12,886 nt of DNA, from NCBI GenBank assembly GCA_964510165.1, contig CAZEBC010000120.1:1-12886 (forward strand). The letters are read 5' to 3'. Below are positions 1 to 7,801 of the stretch, piece after piece (position 1 is the stretch's first letter; the number at the start of each line of letters is the position of its first letter). Made by a program: the position numbers and the translations under genes. Source of the stretch: an uncultured bacterium (GTDB lineage: Bacteria > Abyssobacteria > SURF-5). The notes below the pieces were generated by a model. The model did not search any database and was not told where the DNA came from. It saw only the letters and a list, made by a program, of their open reading frames with translations.

Positions 1-52
1 GTTCGGCCTCCATCTCGCATAAGAACTCGACATCAAACCGATGCTCGGGCAT
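1..52 (-). CDS. 5' end of a gene running off the window (MPEHRFDVEFLCEMEAE...); possibly DUF3237-like, not established
   Basis: ATG at 52-50 with a strong RBS (GAAAGGAGAG, ~68-59); frame open to the window edge. Only 17 codons are visible, so the family guess is weak. Confidence 0.6.
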   Translation of the reverse strand, partial: MPEHRFDVEFLCEMEAE

Positions 53-83
53 TAGGGTCTCTCCTTTCAATCGTGACGGTTAA

Positions 84-116
84 ATTGGGGACACGATGCC
101 CCATCGTGTCACCAAT
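84..116. repeat. Intergenic inverted repeat (15-bp arms, 1 mismatch, 3-nt loop)
   Basis: ATTGGGGACACGATG-CCC-CATCGTGTCACCAAT. No convincing poly-U tail on the minus strand, so more likely REP-like or an mRNA-stabilising hairpin than an intrinsic terminator. Confidence 0.7.
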
Positions 117-147
117 CTGGCGTCGGTTGCGGCTCCGCCGCGCCGAG

Positions 148-1938
148 TCATTCCTTCGCCGGAACTACCGGTATCTGCAAGTATGATTCATATCTGCCGC
201 CAGTGTGGATTGTGTCCTTCGCGTGACGCGCGCGATACAGGCCCACCCTCGAGCCTTGCATGGTCAGTGGATGGTCCGAGGACAATGCGAGCACAAGACG
301 CGATCCCTTCTTGTAGACCATGCTCGTGGGCCATATCTCGACCTGTATCTCGGTCGGCTCGCCGGGAACCAGTGGCAAGAGCTTCTTGTGACGATGATAA
401 GGCCGCGATTCGGTGGTCAGCTCGGGATCGAGTTCCCTGTGTTGGGCCGACAACCAGCCAACTGTCACTACCTCGCGTTCGCCGTACCACTTATGCAGAA
501 GCGGGTGCAGCGTCGGATGCACGATGAGCATCGTGGCATGGACATTCATATCGTCAATCGTTGACGAGACCCAAAGATTGAGCTTGATCTCTCCGGTAAT
601 TTCGGTGTCTTCCTCGAATGGTTCCGAAACGAAGAGCGCAACGTTGTCGTCCTTTTTGTAGCCCCCCGGCGCATCGTAGGTGACCGAACTCTCCTCGGAA
701 GGCCGTTCATCCACAAGGCTGCCGCCCGCGGCATTCAGATAGAGCTTCCGGTATTGGGTACGCGCAATCGGCCATTCGTTTTCATGCCGCCACTCGAAAT
801 CAAACCGTTCCGTGCTGTTCCGAATCGCGAGCTTGACCGGAGGCTCATCCATGATGCCGTTATCGATACCCTTGAGCCAATAATCAAAGAATCTCAATTG
901 GTCGAAGAAACCCTCTTCCGAATAGTAGGTATCCTGATGGTCGCCCGTGTGCACGCGAAGCTTCTTGTTCTCAGAGGCCGACCGCTTGAACCCCTCCAAA
1001 TTCCCGCGCAAGTGCCCGGCGCCCATCCAGCCATTCCAGTTGCCGGCGCTGTAGAGGGGGACCTGAACCTTGCTCCAATCGGGCCGCCGGTCGCTCCAGA
1101 ACTCGTCGTCCAAGCGATGCATCATGAAGTCGGAGATGCATGGCATGTCCGAGCGCTCTAATGATTGGGCGTGAGGCCATCCTCGCACCGTGTAGTCGCG
1201 GTAAAACTCTCCCATGTAAAACATGACAAACGTGAAACTGAAGATTCCGCCCCGGAAGAAGCTGTCCCTATACTGATCGGCCAACCCTTCCCACGGGATG
1301 ATCGCCTTGAGTGACGGTGGCTGCTTCGCGGCCACATACCATTGGTTGATGGCAATATAAGAGACGCCGGACAGGCCGATATTTCCGTTGCTCCAGGGCT
1401 GGCGCGCCGCCCACTCGATGGCGTCATAGTAGTCCTCCGCCTCCTGGTCGTTCAACGCCGAAACCGTGCCGGTTGATTGGCCGAATCCGCGCGTGTCGAT
1501 CCGCACGAGGGCATAACCCCAGGGAACCCAACGCTCGGGGTCGGGCAATTCCCAGACCTGATATTTGCCCGGAGACGCCTCGTGCCCATCGGGAACCGGC
1601 CACGGGCGGTCTTTCATGTATGCGGTCATTGACATGATAACCGGGAACTTCCCGTCGGAATCGGGCCTGAAGATGTTGGCCTTGAGGACGGAGCCGTCCC
1701 GCATCGGGATGTCAACATTGCTTTCCACGACCATGCCGTAGTGCTGCTTCGGTCCATATGTCGCACGGTATTCATTGATGAGCGCGCGAGCTTCTTCCGT
1801 CGCCTTGACGGCCTCCGGGATTCGCGCGTCACCGTATTCGGATTCGGGCGCTCGTATTTCCGGAGTCGCGCAGGCCGCGAGTGCTAACGCCAACGGAAGG
1901 AGAATCAGCGGAAGGAAGTAGTCTTGTTTGCGAGACAT
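148..1938 (-). CDS. CocE/NonD family hydrolase (peptidase S15-like alpha/beta hydrolase with PepX_C-type C-terminal domain), predicted lipoprotein
   Basis: Motifs IPMRDG, TAY (oxyanion Tyr), DTRGFGQSTG, QPWSNGNIG, nucleophile GVSY, LKAIIPWEG, C-terminal EITGEIKLNLW and IWPTS. Start moved to ATG 1938 (MSRKQ...), which has GGAGG upstream and removes the overlap with the GH1 gene. Hydrophobic stretch ends in lipobox LAAC. Confidence 0.92.
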   Translation of the reverse strand: MSRKQDYFLPLILLPLALALAACATPEIRAPESEYGDARIPEAVKATEEARALINEYRATYGPKQHYGMVVESNVDIPMRDGSVLKANIFRPDSDGKFPVIMSMTAYMKDRPWPVPDGHEASPGKYQVWELPDPERWVPWGYALVRIDTRGFGQSTGTVSALNDQEAEDYYDAIEWAARQPWSNGNIGLSGVSYIAINQWYVAAKQPPSLKAIIPWEGLADQYRDSFFRGGIFSFTFVMFYMGEFYRDYTVRGWPHAQSLERSDMPCISDFMMHRLDDEFWSDRRPDWSKVQVPLYSAGNWNGWMGAGHLRGNLEGFKRSASENKKLRVHTGDHQDTYYSEEGFFDQLRFFDYWLKGIDNGIMDEPPVKLAIRNSTERFDFEWRHENEWPIARTQYRKLYLNAAGGSLVDERPSEESSVTYDAPGGYKKDDNVALFVSEPFEEDTEITGEIKLNLWVSSTIDDMNVHATMLIVHPTLHPLLHKWYGEREVVTVGWLSAQHRELDPELTTESRPYHRHKKLLPLVPGEPTEIQVEIWPTSMVYKKGSRLVLALSSDHPLTMQGSRVGLYRARHAKDTIHTGGRYESYLQIPVVPAKE

Positions 1939-1957
1939 GGTGCGCCTCCGATAGTTT

Positions 1958-3205
1958 CTACCCCTCGGGATCAAAGGAATTCGATTTCGCAATGCGTCCC
2001 AGATAATGCGCGCTTGGCTTGACGCCCCGCAACTGGGTTTCCCTATCGACCGATATCAGCCCAAACTGCGGGCCGTATCCATACACCCACTCGAAATTGT
2101 CGAGCAGGGACCAATAGAAATAGCTCCGCACGTCAATCTCGTCCTCCAGACAGCGGCACACGCCCTTCAGCGCGCGGCGAATGTATTCGATCCGCTGCTC
2201 GTCGTTCGTGGTACCGATACCGTTCTCTGTGACGTGGACGGGAACGCCGGATTTCTGACTGGCGTACCGGATGGTCGCCTCGAGCGCCTCGGGCCAGAAC
2301 TCGTACCCCATGATGAGGACCTCCACTCCCTCCTCGGGCGGCAGCGGGCCTTCCGCTCCGAAGCGAGTACGGCTGTACGTCTGAACTCCAACGAAATCAT
2401 CTTGACGCGCCGCCTCGAGGAACGGGTCATAGTCCTCGGCCCATGCCTTGTCCCTCGTGGCCTCGCCGCCAGGGATGGCCTGATAATCTGACATCGAGAT
2501 TGTGAGGCCGACGGGAAACTTCCCCGGGCCGGACTTGATTACATCCCGGCACTTGATATGGCACTTCAGCATGATGTCGCGAATCTTGAACGGCTCTCCG
2601 AAAATGAAGGGGCCAAAACGTCCCAGAGTCGTCCCGCATCGGCGCGCGGCCTCGGCGAAGAACGGCACGCTTGATTTCACGCCGGTTCTCGGTATCGCGC
2701 CTCGCGCCACCAGGGTTACGGTCAGGTTTGCCTCGTTAATGGTGCAGGCCATGCCGATCATGTCCCCGAGGTGGCGCGTCGAGCGCTCGCAATACCGCGC
2801 GAAGCGGTCGACCGCCTTCTTATCCTCCCATCCGCCGTCCGCAGTGAACCAGCGCGGCGCCGTGAAGTGTTGATACGTCACGCACGGCAGTATTCCCTGT
2901 TCACGACACGAGGCCAGCATGCGACGATAATGGTCGAGCGCCGCCTTCGAGAAATGACCCTCTTCCGGCTCGATGCGCGCCCATTCCACGGAGAAACGAT
3001 AGGCGTTAAATCCGAGTTGCGCCAGCAACTCTATATCCTGCGGGTAGCGATGAAAATGGTCGCATGCGTCGCCTGACGGCTCCTGGAAGATCGTCTCCGG
3101 CATGTGTTCCAAGAGCCAGAAGTCGCTGTTGGTGTTATTCCCCTCAACCTGGTGCGCCGCCGTCGCCGTCCCCCATATGAATCCTCTAGGAAATTGAAAT
3201 GACAT
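1958..3205 (-). CDS. Glycoside hydrolase family 1 (beta-glucosidase/beta-galactosidase-like), cytoplasmic
   Basis: FPRGFIWGTATAAHQVEG, YRFSVEWARIEP, acid/base TINE, nucleophile VTENG, YWSLLDNFEW; RBS AAAGGAG; no signal peptide. Confidence 0.96.
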   Translation of the reverse strand: MSFQFPRGFIWGTATAAHQVEGNNTNSDFWLLEHMPETIFQEPSGDACDHFHRYPQDIELLAQLGFNAYRFSVEWARIEPEEGHFSKAALDHYRRMLASCREQGILPCVTYQHFTAPRWFTADGGWEDKKAVDRFARYCERSTRHLGDMIGMACTINEANLTVTLVARGAIPRTGVKSSVPFFAEAARRCGTTLGRFGPFIFGEPFKIRDIMLKCHIKCRDVIKSGPGKFPVGLTISMSDYQAIPGGEATRDKAWAEDYDPFLEAARQDDFVGVQTYSRTRFGAEGPLPPEEGVEVLIMGYEFWPEALEATIRYASQKSGVPVHVTENGIGTTNDEQRIEYIRRALKGVCRCLEDEIDVRSYFYWSLLDNFEWVYGYGPQFGLISVDRETQLRGVKPSAHYLGRIAKSNSFDPEG

Positions 3206-3248
3206 ATAAGCTCTCCTTTGTTGTACTCATCGCCAATCAACCCACGAA

Positions 3249-4318
3249 TCATCGGTGACATCTCGCCAGTTTGCCTGTCATGCGGACGGCCGAATAGGCG
3301 CTTGATGTCTCCATATCGAAAAAGACCGCCCCTCGCTCGTCTGACTGCGCGCGAAACGCTTCCTTGCCGTCACAATAAATGACCACTTCGGACGACGGCT
3401 CGAATTCGGAAATCTCGAATGTGGTCTTCCCTATCCCCGACACCCTGAACTCCAGACCGCCGGCTTCCCCGGCATAGTTTCGTACGTTCGTCCCCGGCAC
3501 AGACGAAAAGAACTTCCGTTCATCCCGCCAGGCAATGGCCCTCTCCGAGCACGTCACAATTCTGTATACCCTCCCCATAACGTCACGGCCCGATAACACC
3601 CATCAAAAGGGCCGCCGCAAATCTTGGGCGTTGTGTCTTCATATTGCCTGAGCGCCTGATGAGTCCTCCGCTCAAGTTCCGGAGGCTCAATCGCAGGCGA
3701 GACACTCGTCGGACCTTAAATCCACGCGGCGATCCTGAGCGGAATCCTGGCGGTAAACGCCAGCGCCCCGAAGCCGCCCCTTCCGCTCCGCCCGTTCAAC
3801 TTGCCGGATTGCGTCAAATCACGAAGGAAATTTTCCTCGGATGCATAGACGCCAAACGAGACGAGCGTGCCCGGATTATAAACCGATGTATTCCGCTGCA
3901 CGGCTTCGACTCAGACAGTCGCTCCTGATCCACCCACAAACGAGACCGCGCCGTCTTCTAGAGAAACCTCACCTCCCAATTCCCATGCTCTGAGAACTTT
4001 AACAAACACGAGCGTGTGAGGGTCCGCCACAGCAACCGGCTCCACGCAGCACGACAACGAACCATCCTCGCAGGCCGCGTATTCGACCCTGAGAATGCAT
4101 CCGGCGAACGAAAGCGTGACGGAAGCATACGAGCAGTCGGTCGCATGGCAGTCTGCTCTCAGCACATTGCCCGCATCGCCCATGTGCTCGAGAAAATAGA
4201 ACTTGGAGGCGTACGCGCCCTGCTCCGGCGCAAAGACCGAAAGGCGTAACTCATATAACTCGGGAAACCGAACAACTCGGTTCATCCCAAGCGGGTCATA
4301 CGTGTTCCAGGATGCCAT
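3249..4318 (-). pseudogene. Decayed gene, probably an MGH1-like/trehalase-type (alpha/alpha)6 glycoside hydrolase lacking its catalytic core
   Basis: ATG 4318 with RBS AGAGGA (MASWNTYD...HATDCSY). The same frame continues through TGA 3913-3911 (VEAVQRNTSVY...) and TAA 3718-3716 (GPTSVSPAIEPPELERRTHQALRQYEDTTPKICGGPFDGCYRAVT). Near 3580 protein-like sequence switches frame to a beta-rich tail (MGRVYRIV...VPGTNVRNY...) ending at 3249. The family call is recalled similarity of the WNTxD and HAxDxSY motifs. Confidence 0.7.
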
Positions 4319-4332
4319 CGTCCTCTTGCCCG

Positions 4333-5274
4333 TCAAATCGGCTCGAAGGCGTCCATCTCGTCAAGATGATCGAGCAACTTCAGGTATAGCAAGTCTCTCT
4401 TTCTCAGGATTTCCTCTTCGGTGCGTCCGCCATAATCATATAGCCCTTTGGAAGTCTTTGCGCCGAGGTGGCCGTTCGTGACTTTCTCTTTGAGGATTTC
4501 ATTATCCAGCCCGAAGTTCTTGCCGATCTGATACACAAGGTCGAGACCGGTAAAATCGAGCGTCTGCACCACGCCAACAATGGGGAGCCGTATCCCAAGG
4601 CTCAGCTTCACGGCGCGGTCAACCTCCTCGGGAGTCGCCCAGTCGTTCTGCAGGATATCCCAAACGGCCATGCTGATGGCGTTTTGAATCCGGTTGACGA
4701 TGAATGACGGCGCAAACTGTTTCATCAATATCGGCCTCTTGCCGAGCCTCTTCATCAGGTTCAGGGCCTGGGTTGTCACCTCCAGCGAGGTCCGGGGTCC
4801 GGGTACCACCTCAACCAGCGGAATGATGTGAGGCGGCGCAAACCAGTGAGTAATCACCATCCGCTCCGGCCTCACATCCGGCGCGATGTCGAACACGTCC
4901 AACGTCGAAGTGTTGCTCGCGAACACCGTTTCGGGAGAACAAATTTCGTCAAGCTTGCTGAAGAGTTCCTTCTTTATCGAGGGAACCTCCGCCACCGCCT
5001 CCACCACAAAATCCACTCCATTGACGGCGCCAACAAGGTCGGTGAAACGGTGAACTCGCTCGATTATTGCGGCAACGTCGCCACCTGACACCTTCCCCGC
5101 TTCGGCAAGCGTGTTCAGGTTATTTCGCATCAGCCGAACTGCGCGGTCAAGCACGCCCTTGTCAATATCCACGAGATTCACGGTGATGCCGCTCTGAGCG
5201 AACACCTGCGCGATTGAGTGCCCCATGACCCCGGCGCCGACCACAAGGACATGCTTTATATCCCTTGCATCCAT
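4333..5274 (-). CDS. 3-hydroxyacyl-CoA dehydrogenase family protein (3-hydroxybutyryl-CoA dehydrogenase-like)
   Basis: Rossmann motif VVGAGVMGHSIA, VVEAVAE...KK, ASNTS, catalytic HWFAPP...LVE, FIVNR, LDFTGLD, GHLGAKTSKGLYDY. Start at ATG 5274 preferred (AAGGAG at 5290-5285); 5304 is the alternative. Confidence 0.93.
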   Translation of the reverse strand: MDARDIKHVLVVGAGVMGHSIAQVFAQSGITVNLVDIDKGVLDRAVRLMRNNLNTLAEAGKVSGGDVAAIIERVHRFTDLVGAVNGVDFVVEAVAEVPSIKKELFSKLDEICSPETVFASNTSTLDVFDIAPDVRPERMVITHWFAPPHIIPLVEVVPGPRTSLEVTTQALNLMKRLGKRPILMKQFAPSFIVNRIQNAISMAVWDILQNDWATPEEVDRAVKLSLGIRLPIVGVVQTLDFTGLDLVYQIGKNFGLDNEILKEKVTNGHLGAKTSKGLYDYGGRTEEEILRKRDLLYLKLLDHLDEMDAFEPI

Positions 5275-5310
5275 GGCTGATTGACTCCTTACAGATTCTC
5301 CCATAATTGT

Positions 5311-5382
5311 GTAGGTGCATATTCATTCGCACGCTTTTGTTCCCTTTGTCAAGCTCACTTGTGCGAATAAACTCGCACCTAC
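5311..5382. repeat. GTAG-type REP-like doublet in inverted orientation (REPIN-like)
   Basis: 5311-5332 GTAGGTGCATATTCATTCGCAC and the reverse complement of 5361-5382, GTAGGTGCGAGTTTATTCGCAC, match at 18/22. Each is GTAG followed by an imperfect palindrome GTGC...GCAC; 28-bp spacer. Confidence 0.75.
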
Positions 5383-5400
5383 TCCATAGAGATCATTCTC

Positions 5401-6837
5401 TCAGGTCTTTATGGCTGCCAGAATGTCCCCCACAAAGCCTTCGTAATCCCACGTTTCATCGGAACGACTAAGCCCGAGCCGAACGATTACCACCTCGCGT
5501 GACGGAATAATGGCGATCGCCTGCCCGTCATGCCCCATCGCAAAATAGGCGTCCTCAGGCAGACTCGCGAACGGCGGCGTGTTTCTGCCGCTCTTCTGCT
5601 CCGGCGTCAAATGCGGAAATTTCTTCGCACCTGCGTTCAGCCAGAACAGCGCGCCATAATGCTTGTATTGCGCGGCAGGAGCGGGCGTACGCGTGTAAGC
5701 TACCCAGCCCTCCGGAAGGATGCGCTCACTTCCCCAGACGCCGTCGTTCAGGAACAGAAGCCCGAAACGCGCCCAGTCCCTCGCAGTCGCCCAGCCGAAC
5801 GACGTCCCAATAAAGTTGCCGTACGGGTCCGGCTCGATAAGTGCGCTGCGCATCCCGATCTTGTTGAACAACGCCCTACGCGGGAACGTCGGATAATCCG
5901 CTTCGCCGACCGTATCGCGGATGATCCTCCAAAGCGCGTGTGGATTAGCGTTGGCGTACTCCCACCTGCTCCCCGGCTCGACCTCAAGCGGGCACGCGAT
6001 CGAATACGCGGTCGAGTCGATTGCGCCAAATAGCCCCCGCTGCCTCTGCCCCGCCGGGCTTACGTCGTGATGAAAATCGAATCCGCCGCTCATGCGCAGC
6101 AGATGGTCAATGGTGATCTTGTTGTGCGAATCTCTTGCGCTTCGCCACTCCGCTATCGGCGCCAAATCGTGCACGCTTAACTTGCCCTGCCCAACCAGAA
6201 CGCCAATCAACGCGTTGGTGATGCTCTTCGTCATGGACCATCCATGCATGGGCGTCGTTCCGTCGAAACCGGGGGCGTACCGCTCGGCAATGATGCGCCC
6301 TTTGTAAACAACGACCACCGCGCGCGCCCGCCGCGGCTTTTTCGGATTCGGTTCCGAGAATTCCTTGTCCAGCGCCGCCTGCAACCTGGTCTCGTCTATT
6401 TCCATCGGGAAAATGCCCGTCGCATTCATGTCCCCAGTCGGCCAACCCACGGCCTCGGGATTCGCCGGCTCTGGCTCGACACAAGCCGATGCAAATCTCA
6501 ATTGCCCCGCGCTGGATGATGCCGGAATTATCGTGCAGCCCAGGCATTCGTTGAATACGGCGGTTCGTGTAACACCCATTGTGGTTGCGGTAACCGACTT
6601 GTTCTCGTCATTGACTTCGGCGTCGACCACCGCGAGCATCGGATTGAACGGCTCAAGATCACTCGCCACGATAGACTCAAGTTCGCGACCTGACACGAAC
6701 AGATAAGAACACAGCATCTTGGCCTTGTAGCCCGCCCCAATCGGCGCGATTTTTGCACGGAAATAAGCGGTCAGCCCGCCGAACAGAATAATCAACACTC
6801 CCAACACAACCGCAATTCTCTTCATCCATTTTTTCAT
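5401..6837 (-). CDS. Serine hydrolase, class C beta-lactamase/AmpC-like (NylB/esterase-like), with N-terminal membrane anchor or signal
   Basis: SxxK (WSMTKS), LLRMSGG, YxN (WEYANAN), ATARDWARFG, YGALFWLN, AMGHDGQ, VIVRLG. N-terminus KKWMKR plus hydrophobic helix and GYKAKMLCS. GGAGG at 6846-6842 supports a start at 6837/6840, not 7008. Confidence 0.9.
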   Translation of the reverse strand: MKKWMKRIAVVLGVLIILFGGLTAYFRAKIAPIGAGYKAKMLCSYLFVSGRELESIVASDLEPFNPMLAVVDAEVNDENKSVTATTMGVTRTAVFNECLGCTIIPASSSAGQLRFASACVEPEPANPEAVGWPTGDMNATGIFPMEIDETRLQAALDKEFSEPNPKKPRRARAVVVVYKGRIIAERYAPGFDGTTPMHGWSMTKSITNALIGVLVGQGKLSVHDLAPIAEWRSARDSHNKITIDHLLRMSGGFDFHHDVSPAGQRQRGLFGAIDSTAYSIACPLEVEPGSRWEYANANPHALWRIIRDTVGEADYPTFPRRALFNKIGMRSALIEPDPYGNFIGTSFGWATARDWARFGLLFLNDGVWGSERILPEGWVAYTRTPAPAAQYKHYGALFWLNAGAKKFPHLTPEQKSGRNTPPFASLPEDAYFAMGHDGQAIAIIPSREVVIVRLGLSRSDETWDYEGFVGDILAAIKT

Positions 6838-6868
6838 CATGCCTCCTGACGGTAATTGTGCGGCAATT

Positions 6869-6894
6869 GTGGGGGCGCCCCTATGTGGGCGCCC
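6869..6894 (+). repeat. Single REP-like palindrome (GTAG-type, degenerate GTGG head)
   Basis: GTGGGGGCGCCCCTATGTGGGCGCCC with GGGCGCCC at 6873-6880 and 6887-6894 forming a stem; intergenic. Confidence 0.6.
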
Positions 6895-6917
6895 GTCAAT
6901 TCGTTCGCACAAATGCG

Positions 6918-7778
6918 TTATACGCCAAGCAACTTCCGCGCGTTCCCTCCAAATATCGCAGTCCTGAATTCCTCGCTGATCGGAACCGCCTTCACCGCCT
7001 CCACACACTTCGAGAAAGTCGAAAGCGGGTTATCGGTGGCAAAAAGCAACTTGTGCTCGGCCTCGCTCGCCGTATATGCCTGCCATGGAAACAAATCATA
7101 TAGACCAGTGAATGCGGAGATATCCACGTACACGTTGGGATGCCGAACCGCCATCGACCACGACTCCCACACCCACGGGAACCCGCAATGCCCGAGGACT
7201 ATCTTCAAGCCGGGAAACTTGAGGGCAACCGGTTCGATGAGCATGGGCTGACCCAGCCGGGCGTCGGTCCCCGGCGTGCTTCTCTGATGCGCGGCATGAG
7301 TCCAAACGATGATATCCAAATCAGCCGCCTTCTTCCACAGCGGCTGGTAACGCTCGTCGTCAAACCTGAATCCTTGCATCGGAGGAACAAGCTTCAGGCC
7401 TCGGGCGCCTAACTCGTTCACGGCATGCTCCAGGTTGTCCACCGCGAGTCGGCCCATTGCGGGGTCCACGCTGCAGAACGGGATGAAACGGTCGGGATGC
7501 GATTTCGCCATTCTCGCCACGTCCTCATTCGTGACGACCACGGTCCCGTACGCCGTGGAGTAATCGGCGGCTACAATCACCGCCTTCTCAACGCCGGCCT
7601 CATCCATTTCGCGTATGATATCATCAAGCGATTTCTCCCGAAATATCCATTGGAACGCCGTCAGGAGCGGCCCGAACCGCTCTTCGTCCTGTCCATACAT
7701 TCGAACGAGCGCCTCTTCCGGGCTCGGGATCACCGTCGCCTCTTTGCAGAACGGGTGTATGTGAACGTCTATTATCAT
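6918..7778 (-). CDS. Amidohydrolase family 2 (TIM-barrel metal-dependent hydrolase/decarboxylase)
   Basis: IIDVHIH, HPDRFIPF, LGARGLKL, WTH, FPGLKIVLGHCGFPW, HPNVYVDIS, KLLFATDNP, IFGGNARKLL; RBS GGAGG. Confidence 0.93.
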   Translation of the reverse strand: MIIDVHIHPFCKEATVIPSPEEALVRMYGQDEERFGPLLTAFQWIFREKSLDDIIREMDEAGVEKAVIVAADYSTAYGTVVVTNEDVARMAKSHPDRFIPFCSVDPAMGRLAVDNLEHAVNELGARGLKLVPPMQGFRFDDERYQPLWKKAADLDIIVWTHAAHQRSTPGTDARLGQPMLIEPVALKFPGLKIVLGHCGFPWVWESWSMAVRHPNVYVDISAFTGLYDLFPWQAYTASEAEHKLLFATDNPLSTFSKCVEAVKAVPISEEFRTAIFGGNARKLLGV

Positions 7779-7801
7779 CGAATCCTCCGATCCTCGGATT
7801 C

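Noticed and set aside
3911..3913. In-frame TGA as selenocysteine or recoded stop
   Set aside because: The same frame also has an in-frame TAA and a later frame break, no redox-motif context is present, and neighbouring genes use TGA as a normal stop. Pseudogenisation is simpler.
5324..5352. Internal minus-strand promoter from TTGACA at 5352-5347
   Set aside because: No acceptable -10 hexamer at 16-18 bp spacing.
5401..6837. Antibiotic-resistance beta-lactamase call
   Set aside because: SxxK and YxN are shared by many esterases/amidases of this fold; the KTG triad is replaced (AMGHDG) and nothing indicates true AmpC.
6838..7008. N-terminal extension of the serine hydrolase ORF (likewise 1939-1992 for CocE and 11933-12004 for D-aminoacylase)
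   Set aside because: These extensions overlap upstream genes, repeats or the promoter. Downstream ATGs have RBSs and put signal or first-domain sequences at the N-terminus.
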